The notes below the pieces were generated by a model that worked only from the letters and a program-made list of their open reading frames with translations, did no database searches and was not told where the DNA came from. From assembly GCA_037447605.1 (NCBI GenBank), contig CM074816.1:1007873-1071872 (forward strand): 64,000 bases of DNA, in the 5' to 3' direction. The position numbers were made by a program, and so were the translations under genes. Below are positions 36,469-49,741 of the stretch, piece after piece (within the stretch, counting starts at the first letter, position 1; the number at the start of each line of letters is the position of its first letter). This stretch comes from Zygnema circumcarinatum SAG 698-1b (Eukaryota; Plantae; Zygnematophyceae).

Positions 36469-36558
36469 TACTGTACAGTAACAGTACAGTACTGTACTGT
36501 GCAATCCGCCGCCCGACCGTACAGGGTGCTGTCCGTACACGTCCGCGGCCCTGCTGTA

Positions 36559-36700
36559 CCGTACCCTCCCCTAATATTTTCCACCCTCGTACTTACGTTA
36601 CCCAAGAAATTCGCCCTGATTTTGAGGAAACCACTTTTAGTGCGGTACGTCTGTGTTAATGCATTAGGGGTGTTAACCTAACCTGACCTATTCTTCAATA
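36559..36700 (+). mobile_element. Left end of a related TA-targeting MITE
   Basis: TA|CCGTACCCTCCCCTAATATTTTCCACC...CCCAAGAAATTCGCCCTGATTTTG matches one end of the 587-bp MITE. Confidence 0.55.
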
Positions 36701-38300
36701 CGAAATCTGTTACGGCATATGTACTTCACCAATAAGAGCTCGTGTAGTTAAATGTACAGCACCACTAGGAGCTCGCGACAGGACCCGTGTAGCACAAGAT
36801 AAGTGGGGTTAAAAGGAGATTGTTGAGCTAGTTGCAGATGCTGTACGGCCACCCGAGCGTCTGTGCTGAAACTGATGAAGGGTTGGGGTGGTGCTGTGGG
36901 TCTGCCTGCAGCATAGAGCCAGGATCCGGGGGATTCAGAGGTACGCGCAGCGGAAGACGTAGGGATCCTGAAGATGTTCCCTCCGGCGGCTGGACTCGAT
37001 GCGCAAAGAGCCCTTCCTTGGGGCCTCTCCTCCCCTGTCCTCTCCTCGGCTAGTCTCTTCGCTAGGCTTCTAGTTATCATTGGTCATTGAGAGGAATGTA
37101 AGGCAGGATAGAACAAGATAGGGGCTTGGCATAGTGACAGCAAAGGGAAAACAGGACACAACTTAGATAAAGGTGGTATTTTGGAAACTCACCCCAGCCA
37201 TCGGTTGGCTGGGGAATGTCATTACAATGAAAGTACCTTCTCACTGAAATCTTTGTCTAGCTGGGCTGAATGGGACGTCTAAATGATCTCAGCAAGAAGA
37301 CCCTTTCTCTCCCTCCCTCTCTATATCTATGGCATGGAACTCTCTCTCTCTCTCACACTTAGCATCTGTTGCTGGAACTGAAGAGGAAGAAAAGAAGAAC
37401 AAGACAACAAACCACACAGCAAATACTAATACTAAGCCCAGCACTAAAAGACAAAAAAGCATTACTGACATCCCATCTACTTATCACTGACAATAGATCT
37501 TGAGCCTTAGCACTGACAGTCCCAGATTGGCCAACTGCCCACTGAGAGGCCTGACTAACTATGTGGGGCCTTCTAATAGGCCAACTGCTGACAATCGGCG
37601 GCATTTTGCGGCGCTTCTGAGTGCGCCTAGCTGGATGGTGTGCTGTTCCGTGGGCCGCCGCCTTCACATGGCGCCGCCTTCTCGCCTTTTCCGTCGGCAA
37701 TTCCTGGAGCAGGCCGGTCCGTGACACTGAATATGAAGATGCCAAGTACAACTGAACGGACGCGGATCCGTCGAGCGCAGCTCCGTTACGCTACATCTGT
37801 AGCACATGCCGGGTGGGGAAAACAAGCGCCCGCCCCTGCGGACGCAATGAAGAAGAGACAAAGGGCAGGGGAGGAGCCAAGGATGACGTGGACGGGAGGC
37901 GAGTCGGTGGCCGGGTGGAGAAGCTTCCGCGTACATTCGGCAAGGGGGAGCATGGGCAGGACCGGAGTGGAGGGAGTAAGACAAAGTCGAAATCAAAAGA
38001 TTCGGCCGACTGGCGAACTGGGGACAAAGTGGCAAAAAGTGGCGGGAAGTAGAAACGGACCAATGAGGAGTCGTCATGACAGGGGGGGGTACGAGGAGAC
38101 CGCGCTGTTGGTTGCAAACGCTCAGCCATCGCGGGGGGGAGGAACTGCGGACGTGGCGGCACGAATGTCGATCCAGTGTGAACGCCAGCGCCAGGCGTTT
38201 CCACCAGAGTCAGGGCCTTCCGAAATGATGGCCCAACCTGGGATCTCCGACGGACCGACACAAATGAAGGGGCCCAACCACGGAAAAGCCNNNNNNNNNN

Positions 38301-40465
38301 GAATGCTTAGATTCTGTCGCGTGAACTTCCACCCACTTGGTGTATCTGTCCACGGCTAGGAAGACCCGAATGTAGCCAGAGGGGGTGCCGAGCTGGGGGA
38401 TAGAAAAGGTGTCGATGTTCCAGTCTTCGGCGACGCCGCGTATCGGGATCTCACCCATCTCGAGGGGTTGGCGGTCGGGGGGAGCAGAGCGCTTGCCGCG
38501 TTGGCAGCGGGTGCAGGTTTCGATGTAGCGGCTCACGGCGCCATGGAGGCCGGGCCAATAGTAGCGTTCCTGCAGCAGGGCCACCATCTTCTTCTGGCCG
38601 AGGTGGAAGCCTGCAGGTTGGGCATCGTGGGCAACGTCCAGGATTTCCATACGCTCGTTAGGGAAGGGAATAGGTATGCCGGAGGGGAGGTAGAGAATCT
38701 GTCCTTCATCATCGACAGAGAATTTCCGAGCGCGGCGGAGCAGCCGAGCCCTCGCGGTGTCCGTGACAAAAGGGGGCAATGTGCGGGTCATGACGTAGCG
38801 CAGAAGGGAGGAGTCGGAATGGACGTCATTGGCGCTGGGGAAATGGGGAGGAAGAAAGGGAGCTTCACCATCGTCATCCATGAGGAGTTCCCACGGATCC
38901 GCATGGGGGTGGCCGTGGGTGAAGTCAGGGTCTTGCCAGCGATGGAGGGTGGTGGCCGTGGCCGGAATATCGATCAGCCCATCTGCGAATATGACATCAT
39001 GTAAGTCTTGCTCTGCAATAAAAATCTCAATGGGAAGATGCTCAGGGTTCAAGAGGGTGGGTGGAGGGATGGGTTCAGGAACGGCCGGATCGTGGCAGAG
39101 GAGGGGAGCCGAGGGATTGCGACTGAGGCCATCAGCATTGTCGTGACTACGGCCAAAACGGTGAGTGACTTTGAGTACATTATACTTCTCCAACTTCATC
39201 ACCCATCGTGCAAACTTAGGGCGTAGGGTAGCCATAATGTGCAGCCAGGTGAGGGGCATGTGGTCAGTCCGGATGATAATGGGCTGGTAGGCCGTGAAGA
39301 GCTTGAACTTCTCGAGTGCCCAGAGGATAGCCGCGGCCTCTCCCTCAGTAGGGCTGTACTTGGTCTCGGTTTCTGAACAAACCCTGCTTGCATAACTGAC
39401 CGGGTGTTCCCCATCTGAGAATGCTTGACTGGCCACTCCCCCAAAGCCCGTCTGACTCCAGTCAGCGTCAATAATGGTGGGAAGGGTGGGGTCGAATTGA
39501 TGCAGACAAGGAGCTTGAAGGAGGGCACTCTTGAGCGCTTGGAAGGCCAAATCCTGCGCGCGGCTCCATTCGTAGTGGACTCCGTGCTTCTCCAGGGCAT
39601 GTAGGGGACGCGCAATAAGGGCATAGCCCTTGATGAACCGACGATAGAATGAGGTGAGCCCCAAGAAGGACTTGAGCTGAGTGAGGGTCTGTGGAATCGG
39701 CATAAGGGCAATCGCTTCAATCTTGTCGAGTGATGGTTTCAGGCCATTGATGCCGAGGCGGTGCCCGAGATGAGTGATCTCCTGGTGGCCCCATTTGCAC
39801 TTCTTGGGTGCAATCTTCAGACGCGCACTGATAAGCTGTTGCAGGACTTGGTCAATGTGTTGCAGGTGGGAGGACCAGTCCTTGCTGTGGAGGGAACCAT
39901 CATCCACGTAAGGTTCGCAGAAGGCACGACAGGGGCCGAACACCTGGTTGGCCAGGCGCTGGTGAGTCTGGCTGGAATTCTTGAGCCCGAATGGAAGCAC
40001 TGTCCACTGCACGAAGCGCGTGGCTGTGCGAAGCCCTGTCTTGCAGCGATCGGCCTGTCGCAAAGGGATCTGCCAGAAGGATTTCTGCATGTCAAGTGCC
40101 GAGAACCACCGGTCATCAGGGGAGACGCCGTGGAGAATCAGGTCCACATCCGGTAATGTATAGGGATCCTACTTCGTTGTTGCATTCCGTTTCCGGTAGT
40201 CCCCACAGAAGCGGAGTGTGCCATCCGGCTTTGGGGGCAGAACGGCCGGGCTGGCCCAAGGCCCTTCTTCGGGTTCCATCAAGCTGGCAGCCACGTTCTC
40301 ATCGATCTGTCGTTCGACATCGGCCTGCTGCGCGGCGGAAAAGCGGTATGGAGTCAGGGTCATCACGGGAGGCGCATCCCCCGTATCGATGTGGTGCTCA
40401 ATCAGGTGTGTCTTGCCGATGTCGAGTGAATGTCGTGCAAAAACTAGGTGATTTCGGCGCAGCAC
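38301..40465 (-). CDS. pol: Family D pol: RT, RNase H, integrase (frameshifted near 40150, truncated at a gap)
   Basis: LRFCGDYRKRN, LDMQKSFWQI, PFGLKN, YVDD; DADWS..PVSYASR, TDHMPL; HD..H..C..C zinc finger; VDRYTKW. Confidence 0.93.
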
Positions 40466-40590
40466 TTGGCGTAGTTGAGAATGCTTGATCGGGTCTCAGA
40501 GGACTGCAGGCCCCAATCGCATCTGACCCTCTATTTCCAGCCACTCCTCATCACTGATGGTCTCGTGGGGGGGGAAGCTGGGTGCAGATA

Positions 40591-41540
40591 TCACTGGCGG
40601 CAACAGTTCCTCCGTCGGCGCACAGAGGGCTGGACCCGGAGGAGCAGGANNNNNNNNNNAGCTGGACTCGGAGGAGCTGGAGGGGGAGTCTCGTCATCGG
40701 TATCAGAATTGGCCGATCCATAAGAAGAATGGGGGCTGCCGACCGAATGGTACATGGTGATCTCTGGGTAGGAGACCTCTGCCGTGGCATGGCGTTTGGG
40801 GAAGGCGGAGGTGGTAAGGGACTCGAGGATGATGGGGAAGGAGCAGTCTGTCCCGCCAGCAGATAAGTGCAGCTGACATGTAGCAAAGTCGATTTGTGCT
40901 CCCATCGCAATGAGCCAATCTGAGCCCAGCAGGATAGAATAGTGTTTTGCGGCCGTGATGACCGCATTCACCGTGGCTCCCATCTCGCCAAGGCTGATGA
41001 TCACTTGGGCGCTGCCCAATCCTTCATGTAAACTCCCTTCAACCCCCACATATCGGGGAATGGGCTCAAGTGTCTTGTCCAACTTAACCCCTGCAGCCTT
41101 CATTACTGGCTTGGACAGAACTGTGCGCATAGCTCCTGTGTCGATCATGGCTTTGCTGGGATGACCGTTGAGCCATACATTGACAATGATTTGCACGTTG
41201 GGTGTGGGGATCAGAGGGAGGATCTGAATCTGGCGAGGAGGATGGCGGGGAGAGCAAACTGGGTCCGGAGGAGGTGCCGTGGCCATGTGGTGGATATCGG
41301 CCGGTGAGGGGATGTCCAGAGGAGGTGCCGTGGGAACCGGGGGAGGCCGCATGGTGGCCTCTGCACTGTCGGCCAGCTTACGAACTACGGCTGCAGCACC
41401 TGGTACCAACTGCATCAACTGGGACAAGGTAATGCCGATCTTAGCCTTGTCTCCCATGAGCTGATGCACCATGCGTTCAATCAGGGATACACCGTCTGTC
41501 GGTGGGGGTGGTCGACGATCGGCTGCTTGGGGGTAGAAAC
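40591..41540 (-). CDS. Family D gag C-terminus and aspartic protease
   Basis: KAMIDTGAMRTVLS retropepsin motif; the ORF is cut at 41540 by the GAAAC-bounded insert. Confidence 0.88.
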
Positions 41541-43626
41541 TGTTGGTGCAAGGGGCAGCAAGAAAGGAAAGACACAAGGAAAGGGCAACACATGCCCTGG
41601 GTATCAGAGCTCAAAACTTTTCTTTTTCTTCTCCTTGGGCCACATACCGCTTCCGCCACGATATGCCTTCTCGTCCACCTCTTGCCAGGTGCGCACAGCG
41701 GAAACTAAACTCCCCACCTCAACAAGTGCACTTCTTCATCTCCTCCATGGTCTCGCCTCCTCAACTCCACGCTCCTCCAATGATCTCCTCGTGTGGAGCA
41801 ACACACCGCCCATACAATGGTCGCCTCCACTCATCCACCACGTCAATCCAACACGAGGACTCACATGACAAATGATACAGTAGTGAGGAGAAAGCCCACG
41901 GCCCCAAAACTCCTTAAACTCCATGAGTGTAATACAAGCTCTTCTTGGAAATCTACATAATCCCTTATGCTAGATTCTCCTCCTCTCATGAGCACTATCC
42001 TATCCTCTCATAGATAGCCTACACCCCAACTGCAGTAGCCAAGCACTACTTGCCTCCATGAACTCCTCCTCTACCTCAACACATGAGGGACATGTGAGAG
42101 GGGCAGAGGGATGAGAAGCAAATTCACCTTCCACCCTTTCTCCCTCTTCACTGTCCATGGAAACTTCCCTCCTGGTGCCCGCAGCACTCTCACTCATTTT
42201 TCACTCACGTGCATACACAACACACGAGAGGCGGAATAGAAAAACGTAGGAGAAAGCTCCCAGCCTAAAACTCCTTTATGATGACAAGCTTTCCAACTCA
42301 AGCCCCCATAAGCCTAGTCAAGCTTTCACCACATGATCACTTCACCTTCACGTGAGGCAGCTCNNNNNNNNNNTTGCCAAAGCCATGCCTTCAAACTGCC
42401 ATAGCCTTGCAATGCATATCAAGAAGGTTTCTAACTTACACACCCACTCTCACTATATAGTATGGGGCTGTGACGTGACCATGTCACGTCACACGCGCCG
42501 GGACCATGCATGCAACAACCTTATTCAAACAACCTAAATAAACTACTTCGTGTCTTGCTATGCATAGTACACCCAGCCTGGCAACGTACCAACACCACCG
42601 CCCTAACCCAGATGGCCATGTACTCTACCGCCGAAATAACTTCCCCGCCACCCACAAGGACTATCTTCCGTATCGCCAGTAGTGGCTCACCGACTCCACC
42701 CATTCTCGCCTTTGTCACAAGATCAGTCCACGATTCCGTACGCCAAGACCGATTCCTCGGCGCGGTACCAAATGTCGGACTCCCGGCCGTAGTGTCCGTA
42801 CCGACCGTACGGTCTGTACGGTCCATACTATCCGTACGGTTGCGCGGTCGGTCTCGCCGCCGCGCGCACGCTGAAGTAAGTCCGTCCCCATACATGTCAC
42901 ACCTAGAAGCACACCCCTAGGAACTAAGCGCCAACACAAACATGCTAATCTGAACTAACTATGTACACTAACAGGACACACCATCTAGCTTCTTCACTAA
43001 AGCTTAGCATGATGAGAGCTAGTTCCTTCACGACCTTCATACACAAGGCCGGACTCCTCTAGGCCTCAGCCTCAGCCTACTCTTCCTATACAACAACGTT
43101 CGAGCAGCATAACATTCAGAGAGAGTGAGTGAGTGAGAGAGCCAAGCTTGCTCCCTCTTAAACTATGGCGGCCGGCGTGACGTGACCACCGATGTCACGT
43201 CACAGGCGCACTAGCAAGCGCATGCATTCAACAGCCAGCAAGCCGTTCAACGGCCAGCTACGCGTTCAACAGCCAGCTACACGACTTCACGTAAACCTAC
43301 ACCAGCATCGACCTACANNNNNNNNNNGCGACCAATCATGTCGCTTCGTGCAGATCCGCCTCTCGCGCCAAATATCTTCTCGTCCATACGTTTCGCGTCG
43401 TCCGTACAGTCGCGCGCCGTCCGTACGGCCGCGCTCCTTTTCGGTCAAGCACATTCCGTGCACCCCCTTTGGTACGATCTAAGCCTAAGCCGTAATTCCA
43501 CGACCCTAGACCTTCCCTAGACCTGCCGTACCATGCCCTATCGATACGGGCACCCCCCATGTTCGGTCCTACACCAAACATGACCAACATGGTCAACCTC
43601 CCGCCGTTAGTGCTTTCACTCGGAAA

Positions 43627-44258
43627 ATGTCCGAGGCGTTACAGAGGGCAAGGCAGACCCTGTTAGCAGCCCAGTCGCGGCAGAAAGCCTATGCTGATCG
43701 TCGTCGTGCTGCATTAACCTTCGCTGTAGGCGATCAGGTACTGCTGAGCACGTCGAACTTGCGCCTGAAGACTTACGGCGGAACCCGTAAGTTGTGGCCT
43801 CGCTTCATGGGACCTTTTTCGGTCGTGAAGCGAATCGGTGAGGTCGCTTACCGGTTGGCTTTACCGGCTCATATGAAAGTGCATCCGGTCTTTCACGTGG
43901 GTCTTCTTAAGGCATACCGCAGCGATGGGGGAGTCCAACCACCTCCCCCTCCAGTGGAAGTTGAGGGTGACCTCGAGTATGAGGTAGAGACCATCCAAAC
44001 CCACAGGACTGTGAGTAGAGGTCAGACTTCCCGCCACGAATATCTCGTGAAATGGTTGGGCTATGGGGTTGAACATAGCACGTGGGAACGTGAAAGCAAT
44101 CTGACAAATTGCAAGGAGCTCCTGAGATTGTACTGGGAGGCGCAGACCGCTGGTGAGCGGGCGAGGGCGGCTAGGGGGGTTCCCGAACCGTCCACGCGCT
44201 ACTCGGAAAGGGACTTGACCGGGATTAACGCTGAGCCCTCCCGTACACCCCGCAGACA
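43627..44258 (+). mobile_element. Orphan chromovirus 3' fragment: integrase C-terminus plus chromodomain
   Basis: FMGPFSVVKR..HPVFHVGLLK; YEVETI..YLVKWLGY..STWE; paralogous to 50724-51250. Confidence 0.85.
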
Positions 44259-44268
44259 NNNNNNNNNN

Positions 44269-47200
44269 GAACCATCTGGCCCCCTCTTCAGCTGGATCCC
44301 CAAGAGATATTGGGCCTCTCCAAGGTCAGTCATCTGGAAATTCTCCTGCAAGAGCTCCTTCAACTCTGCAATGCTGCGAAGAGACTTGCTGATCATGATC
44401 AGGTCATCCACATAGACCCCAACAAACAACTTATCATCATCTTCGCCAACTGAGTACACACAAGTATCAGTCTCAAAACGATCAAACCCATAGCCCTGTA
44501 AGAGTTCATCGATCTTCTCATACCACACGCGAGGGGCCTGCTTCAGCCCATACAAACTCTTCACGAGTCTGCACACAAGGTTCTCCTTTCCCTTCTCGCG
44601 TTTCCCCTCTGGCTGCTCCATGTATATCTCTTCATCAAGATCTCCATACAAGAAAGCAGTCTTGATGTCCAACTGGTGGACATGCATCCCCTCTGCGGCT
44701 GCAATAGAAATGAGGGAGCGGAGGGAGTTGAACTTCACCACAGGAGCAAAGGTCTCTGTGTAGTCAATCCCCTCCTTCTGACTGTAGCCCTTGGCCACAA
44801 GTCGCGCCTTGTACCTATCGATGCTGCCGTCCGCCTTCCTCTTAACCTTGAAGACCCATTTGCAGCCGATGGCACGCCTCCCAGGTGGGAGCTTCTCCAA
44901 GCGCCAAGTCTGATTCTCAATCAGACTGTTCCACTCACTATCAATGGCCTCCTGCCACTTGATCTGATCTGGCCCCTCAACAGCTTCCCCGTAAGTCTGA
45001 GGCTCAACAGCATGGGCCATGTAACAATGGGCAATCATGTCCATGTCACCTGAGAATGATGCAGAATGATCCTGGGCATTCTTTCGTGCTTTCTTCCGCA
45101 TGCGCTTCGTAGGCACAGCCGGACTGAAACGATTTGGAGGCCGCCTGGTCCTCCCACTTGTCTTCTCCATCACAGAGGGATGCTCTTCAGGCTGCTCCAC
45201 AGCTCGCATTGGAGCTGACACTTCCTCCTCTGGCTCATCAGCCATCTCCTCCAGCAACTCTTCATTCGCCGCTGCACGTGGTTCTGAAGCCACCAACTTA
45301 TGCGGCATGCTGGCTGTCTCCTCTCGTGAACTGGAGGTCTCCTCCTGAGACTTCGTAGCTGATGCCTCCACCGATGGTCCCACAGACTCCTGCATGTCTC
45401 CCCAATGTGGAGAACCCAAGGGAGTAAAGGTCACCGGTTTTGTCTCATCATCACTCTCTGACTCTACAGGCCGTCGTGAATGAATGGGCGTGGCACTCTC
45501 CTCCGTCTGAGCTTGAGTGGCCACTGGCACCTTCTCCTGCTCAGGGTGACTCACAATCACTTCACCTTCATAGGTGAATCCGAGTGGACACGACTCATCA
45601 GCACGCCTCCATGAGTGGGTAAAGGGGACGTGTGCAGCATCCTCATCCACCCTCACGTCCCTGCTGATCTCTACCTTCTTGGTCTCAAGGCTATACACCC
45701 TGTAAGCCCTGCAATCACTGGCGTATCCAAGAAAGAAGCCCTCCTTGCCCCTTGGGAAAAACTTCCCTCCACGCGCGACCTTCGGTATCGCATACCAGCA
45801 CTTTGATCCAAATGCTTTCAAGTGTCCCACAGTGGGCTTCGTCCCACTCCACACCTCATCAGGCACTCGATCCTCCAAGACCGATGACGGACACCTGTTC
45901 CTCACATAAGCGGCAGTCATCACTGCTTCTCCCCAAAATGTCACAGGAAATGGTGAGTCATGCAACATCGTCCTTGCCATGTCTCCAAGAGTCCTGTTCA
46001 CTCTCTCTGCAGCTCCATTACTCTGCGGTGAGTATGGAGCAGAGAACTCCTGCTTGATTCCCAAGCCTCTCAAATACTCACTGAACACCTTGTTCTTGAA
46101 TTCTCCTCCATTGTCTGAACGGAGGTTCTTGAGTAGATGGCCGCTCTCCCGCTCTGCACGCATCTTCCAAGCTCTGAAGGCTGGATAAGCGTCAGACTTC
46201 TGTGTCAAGAGCACCACCCAAATCTTTTCGTGAGTAGTCATCAAGGAAAGTGATGAAATATCGACTTCCTCCCAAGCTCGCTGGGGTGATGGGGCCACAC
46301 AAGTCTGTGTGCACAAGCGCCAACGGCTCCTTGGCGCGCCCCTCTCCATCTCCTCTTCGCACGAATGGCCCACGATGGATCTTCCCTTTAATGCAGTCTT
46401 CGCAAATCCTCTGTGGATCAACCGCACCCTCCAAGTCCAAGCCTCGGACCAACCCCTTCTGAGCTAACTCCCGCATGGCTCGAAAACTCACATGCCCAAG
46501 CCTCCTATGCCACTTCTGCACCTCATCTTGGGTCATAAGCAAAACTGACTCTCCTTCTTCTTCAGGCTTACTCCACTGTAAGACGTACAGGCCCTCTCTC
46601 CGGTGCCCCTGAAATAAGACATTCCCAGTTTTCTTATGTCTAGCCACGCAATTCTGCTTATCAAAAGTGACTGAGTAACCCCTGTCGCACACTTGTCCCA
46701 CAGACACAAAGTTGTGCTGCAACCCAGGGGTATAAAGCACGTTACCAATCATGGTAGCTGCCCCTTCACTCTCTCCTCCTAAGACGATCCTCACGTCGCC
46801 TCCGCTGGTCACCTTCACTTCCTCACCGGTCGCTGACTGAACTGAACGAGGGGCCTGGAGCGATCTCATCTCGTAGAACAACCCCCAGTCTGCACACATG
46901 TGCGTCGACGCCCCTGAATCAATGAGCCACGGCTTCTCGGGTCCTTCACACATTCTCCCCACAAACTCCACATGCTCCTTCTCAGCAAACATCAAGTTTG
47001 TATCAATAGCAGCACTTCTGCAATCAATGCTCTTGTGACCCTTCTTCTTGCACTTGAAGCAAGCGCCTGTGAACTCCTTCTTGCTCGACTTCGTCTTGGC
47101 GTCCCCTCCCTTCACTTGGGCCGCCTTGCCGGAACGGCACTCGTTGGAGTAGTGACCTGGCTTCCCACAAGTGAAGCATGTCCCCTTGGGACGATCTCCG

Positions 47201-47988
47201 CCACCTCCTCCTTTCGCCTTGCCTTTCCCAAAAGGCTTCCCCTTCATCGCCAACACGCTCTCACTCGCATCGGATGCGTCATGAAGAGCGTCCTCTTCAC
47301 GAATCCGCTTCTTCACCTGCTCAAAGGTCAAAGAAGAAGTGGTAAGAACTGTTCGAAGGGCGCTGCATGTGCCGTCAAAGCGACTGGGCAAACCAACCAA
47401 GAACTGGCTGATCTTATGATCTGACTCAAGACCCTTGCCCATCACCACGAAGCGCTGCATGAGACTGTCAAAGCGCCCCATGTAGTCAGTCAGCTTCTCA
47501 TCCAAGCTCATCTTCATCTTCCCGAGCTCCGTGTACAGGTGCACCACTGTGACGCTGTCCTTCGCATCGTACATGTCCTCCAAACACTTCCACATCTCGT
47601 GTGACGTGCTGAGGTCGTAGAGCATGTGTGAAGGCGTCCCCTTCACACTCATTGCAATCTGAGTGATGGCCTTGTTGTCACGGGCCTTCCACTTTGCAAG
47701 CTCCTCCACGGATGTAGCCGGCGGCGCCTTCACCTTCCCAGTCACATGACCAAGAAGTCCCTTCCCTTCAAGTATGGGAGTCAGCCGCCACTTCCATCCC
47801 TTGTAGTCTGTCCCATCAAATGCAGGGACATTAAACTTCACACTAGCCCCGGTTTCCTCTTCACCATGAGCTCTGATACCACTTGTGAGAGGGGCAGAGG
47901 GATGAGAAGCAAATTCACCTTCCACCCTTTCTCCCTCTTCACTGTCCATGGAAACTTCCCTCCTGGTGCCCGCAGCACTCTCACTCAT
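44269..47988 (-). CDS. pol: Copia E Gag-Pol (one extra A near 46228; truncated at a gap)
   Basis: FDGTDYKGWK gag, two CCHC knuckles, WLIDSGAS, WHRRLGH..C..C, rve, RT HQLDIKTAFL and YVDD. Confidence 0.92.
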
Positions 47989-49741
47989 TTTTCACTCACG
48001 TGCATACACAACACACGAGAGGCGGAATAGAAAAACGTAGGAGAAAGCTCCCAGCCTAAAACTCCTTTATGATGACAAGCTTTCCAACTCAAGCCCCCAT
48101 AAGCCTAGTCAAGCTTTCACCACATGATCACTTCACCTTCCGTGGCTGACTCTCCACATACGGAGGAGACTCTCACAAGGAGTCCCTCACCATTGCCAAA
48201 GCGGCCGCTGAAACTGCCATAGCCTTGCAATGCATATCAAGAAGGTTGCTAACTTACACACCCACTCTCACTATATAGTATGGGGCTGTGACGTGACCAT
48301 GTCACGTCACACGCGACGGGACCATGCATTGCAACAACCTTATTCAAACAACCTAAATAAACTACTTCATTGCTATGCATAGTACACCCAGCCTGGCAAC
48401 GTACCAACACCACCGCTCTAACCCAGATAGCCATGTACTCTACCGCCGAGCTGAACTTCCCGCCGTCACCCACAAGGACTATCTTCCGTACGCAAAGTAG
48501 GCTCCGCCGACTCCACCGACTTCGCCGCCTTTTGCCGCCGCATCAGTCCACGATTCCGTACGCCAAGACCGATTCCTTGGCGCGGTACCAAATGTCGGAC
48601 TCCCGGCCGTAGTGTCCGTACCGACCGTACGGTCTGTACGGTCCATACTATCCGTACGGTTGCGCGGTCGGTCTCGCCGCCGCGCGCACGCTGAAGTAAG
48701 TCCGTCCCCATACATGTCACACCTAGAAGCACACCCCTAGGAACTAAGCGCCAACACAAACATGCTAATCTGAACTAACTATGTACACTAACAGGACACA
48801 CCATCTAGCTTCTTCACTAAAGCTTAGCATGATGAGAGCTAGTTCCTTCACGACCTTCATACACAAGGCCGGACTCCTCTAGGCCTCAGCCTCTGCCTAC
48901 TCTTCCTATACAACAACGGTCGAGCAGCATAACATTCAGAGAGAGTGAGTGAGTGAGAGAGCCAAGCTTGCTCCCTCTTAAACAATGGCGGCCGGCGTGA
49001 CGTGACCACCGATGTCACGTCACAGGCGCACTAGCAAGCGCATGCATTCAACAGCCAGCAAGCCGTTCAACGGCCAGCTACGCGTTCAACAGCCAGCTAC
49101 ACGACTTCACGTAAACCTACACCAGCATCGACCTACACAAGGTCATCCGTACTGTTCCGCCACCGGCCGTACACGTCCGCCGACCAGCCGTACATATCCG
49201 CCGCCCGCTCAAGTGCTGACTCGGTCCCCTTCTGAGTTGACCTCGTCAGAGCCGCGGACCGCACTAAGGGTCCACGCAATGCCACGTGCCGCCTCCTCAT
49301 TCGCCGCCGACATCTTCAGTCTCTCAACCGACTTCCGCGTCACGTCACGCCCGAAGACTGCGTCGCTATCTGCACGCTGGCGCGACCAATCATGTCGCTT
49401 CGTGCAGATCCGCCTCTCGCGCCAAATATCTTCTCGTCCATACGTTTCGCGTCGTCCGTACAGTCGCGCGCCGTCCGTACGGCCGCGCTCCTTTTCGGTC
49501 AAGCACATTCCGTGCACCCCCTTTGGTACGATCTAAGCCTAAGCCGTAATTCCACGACCCTAGACCTTCCCTAGACCTGCCGTACCATGCCCTATCGATA
49601 CGGGCACCCCCCATGTTCGGTCCTACACCAAACATGACCATTCATACATGACATTGTCCCTATACCACCACATTGATGTCCAGGACAACATCCATGCTAG
49701 GAACTAAGTACCAACACCTTGATGTACCCTATACATCAACA

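Larger units (their letters stand above)
42093..48793 (-). mobile_element. Ty1/copia family E
   Basis: LTRs 42093-42973 and 47884-48793; TSD GGACA at 42088-42092 and 48794-48798; PBS at 47881-47870. Confidence 0.88.
41541..49741 (-). mobile_element. Solo LTR (family F, ~1.5 kb: 41541-42092 plus 48794-49741) carrying a nested copia
   Basis: TGTTG...CAACA ends; TSD GAAAC at 41536-41540 and 49742-49746. Confidence 0.8.
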
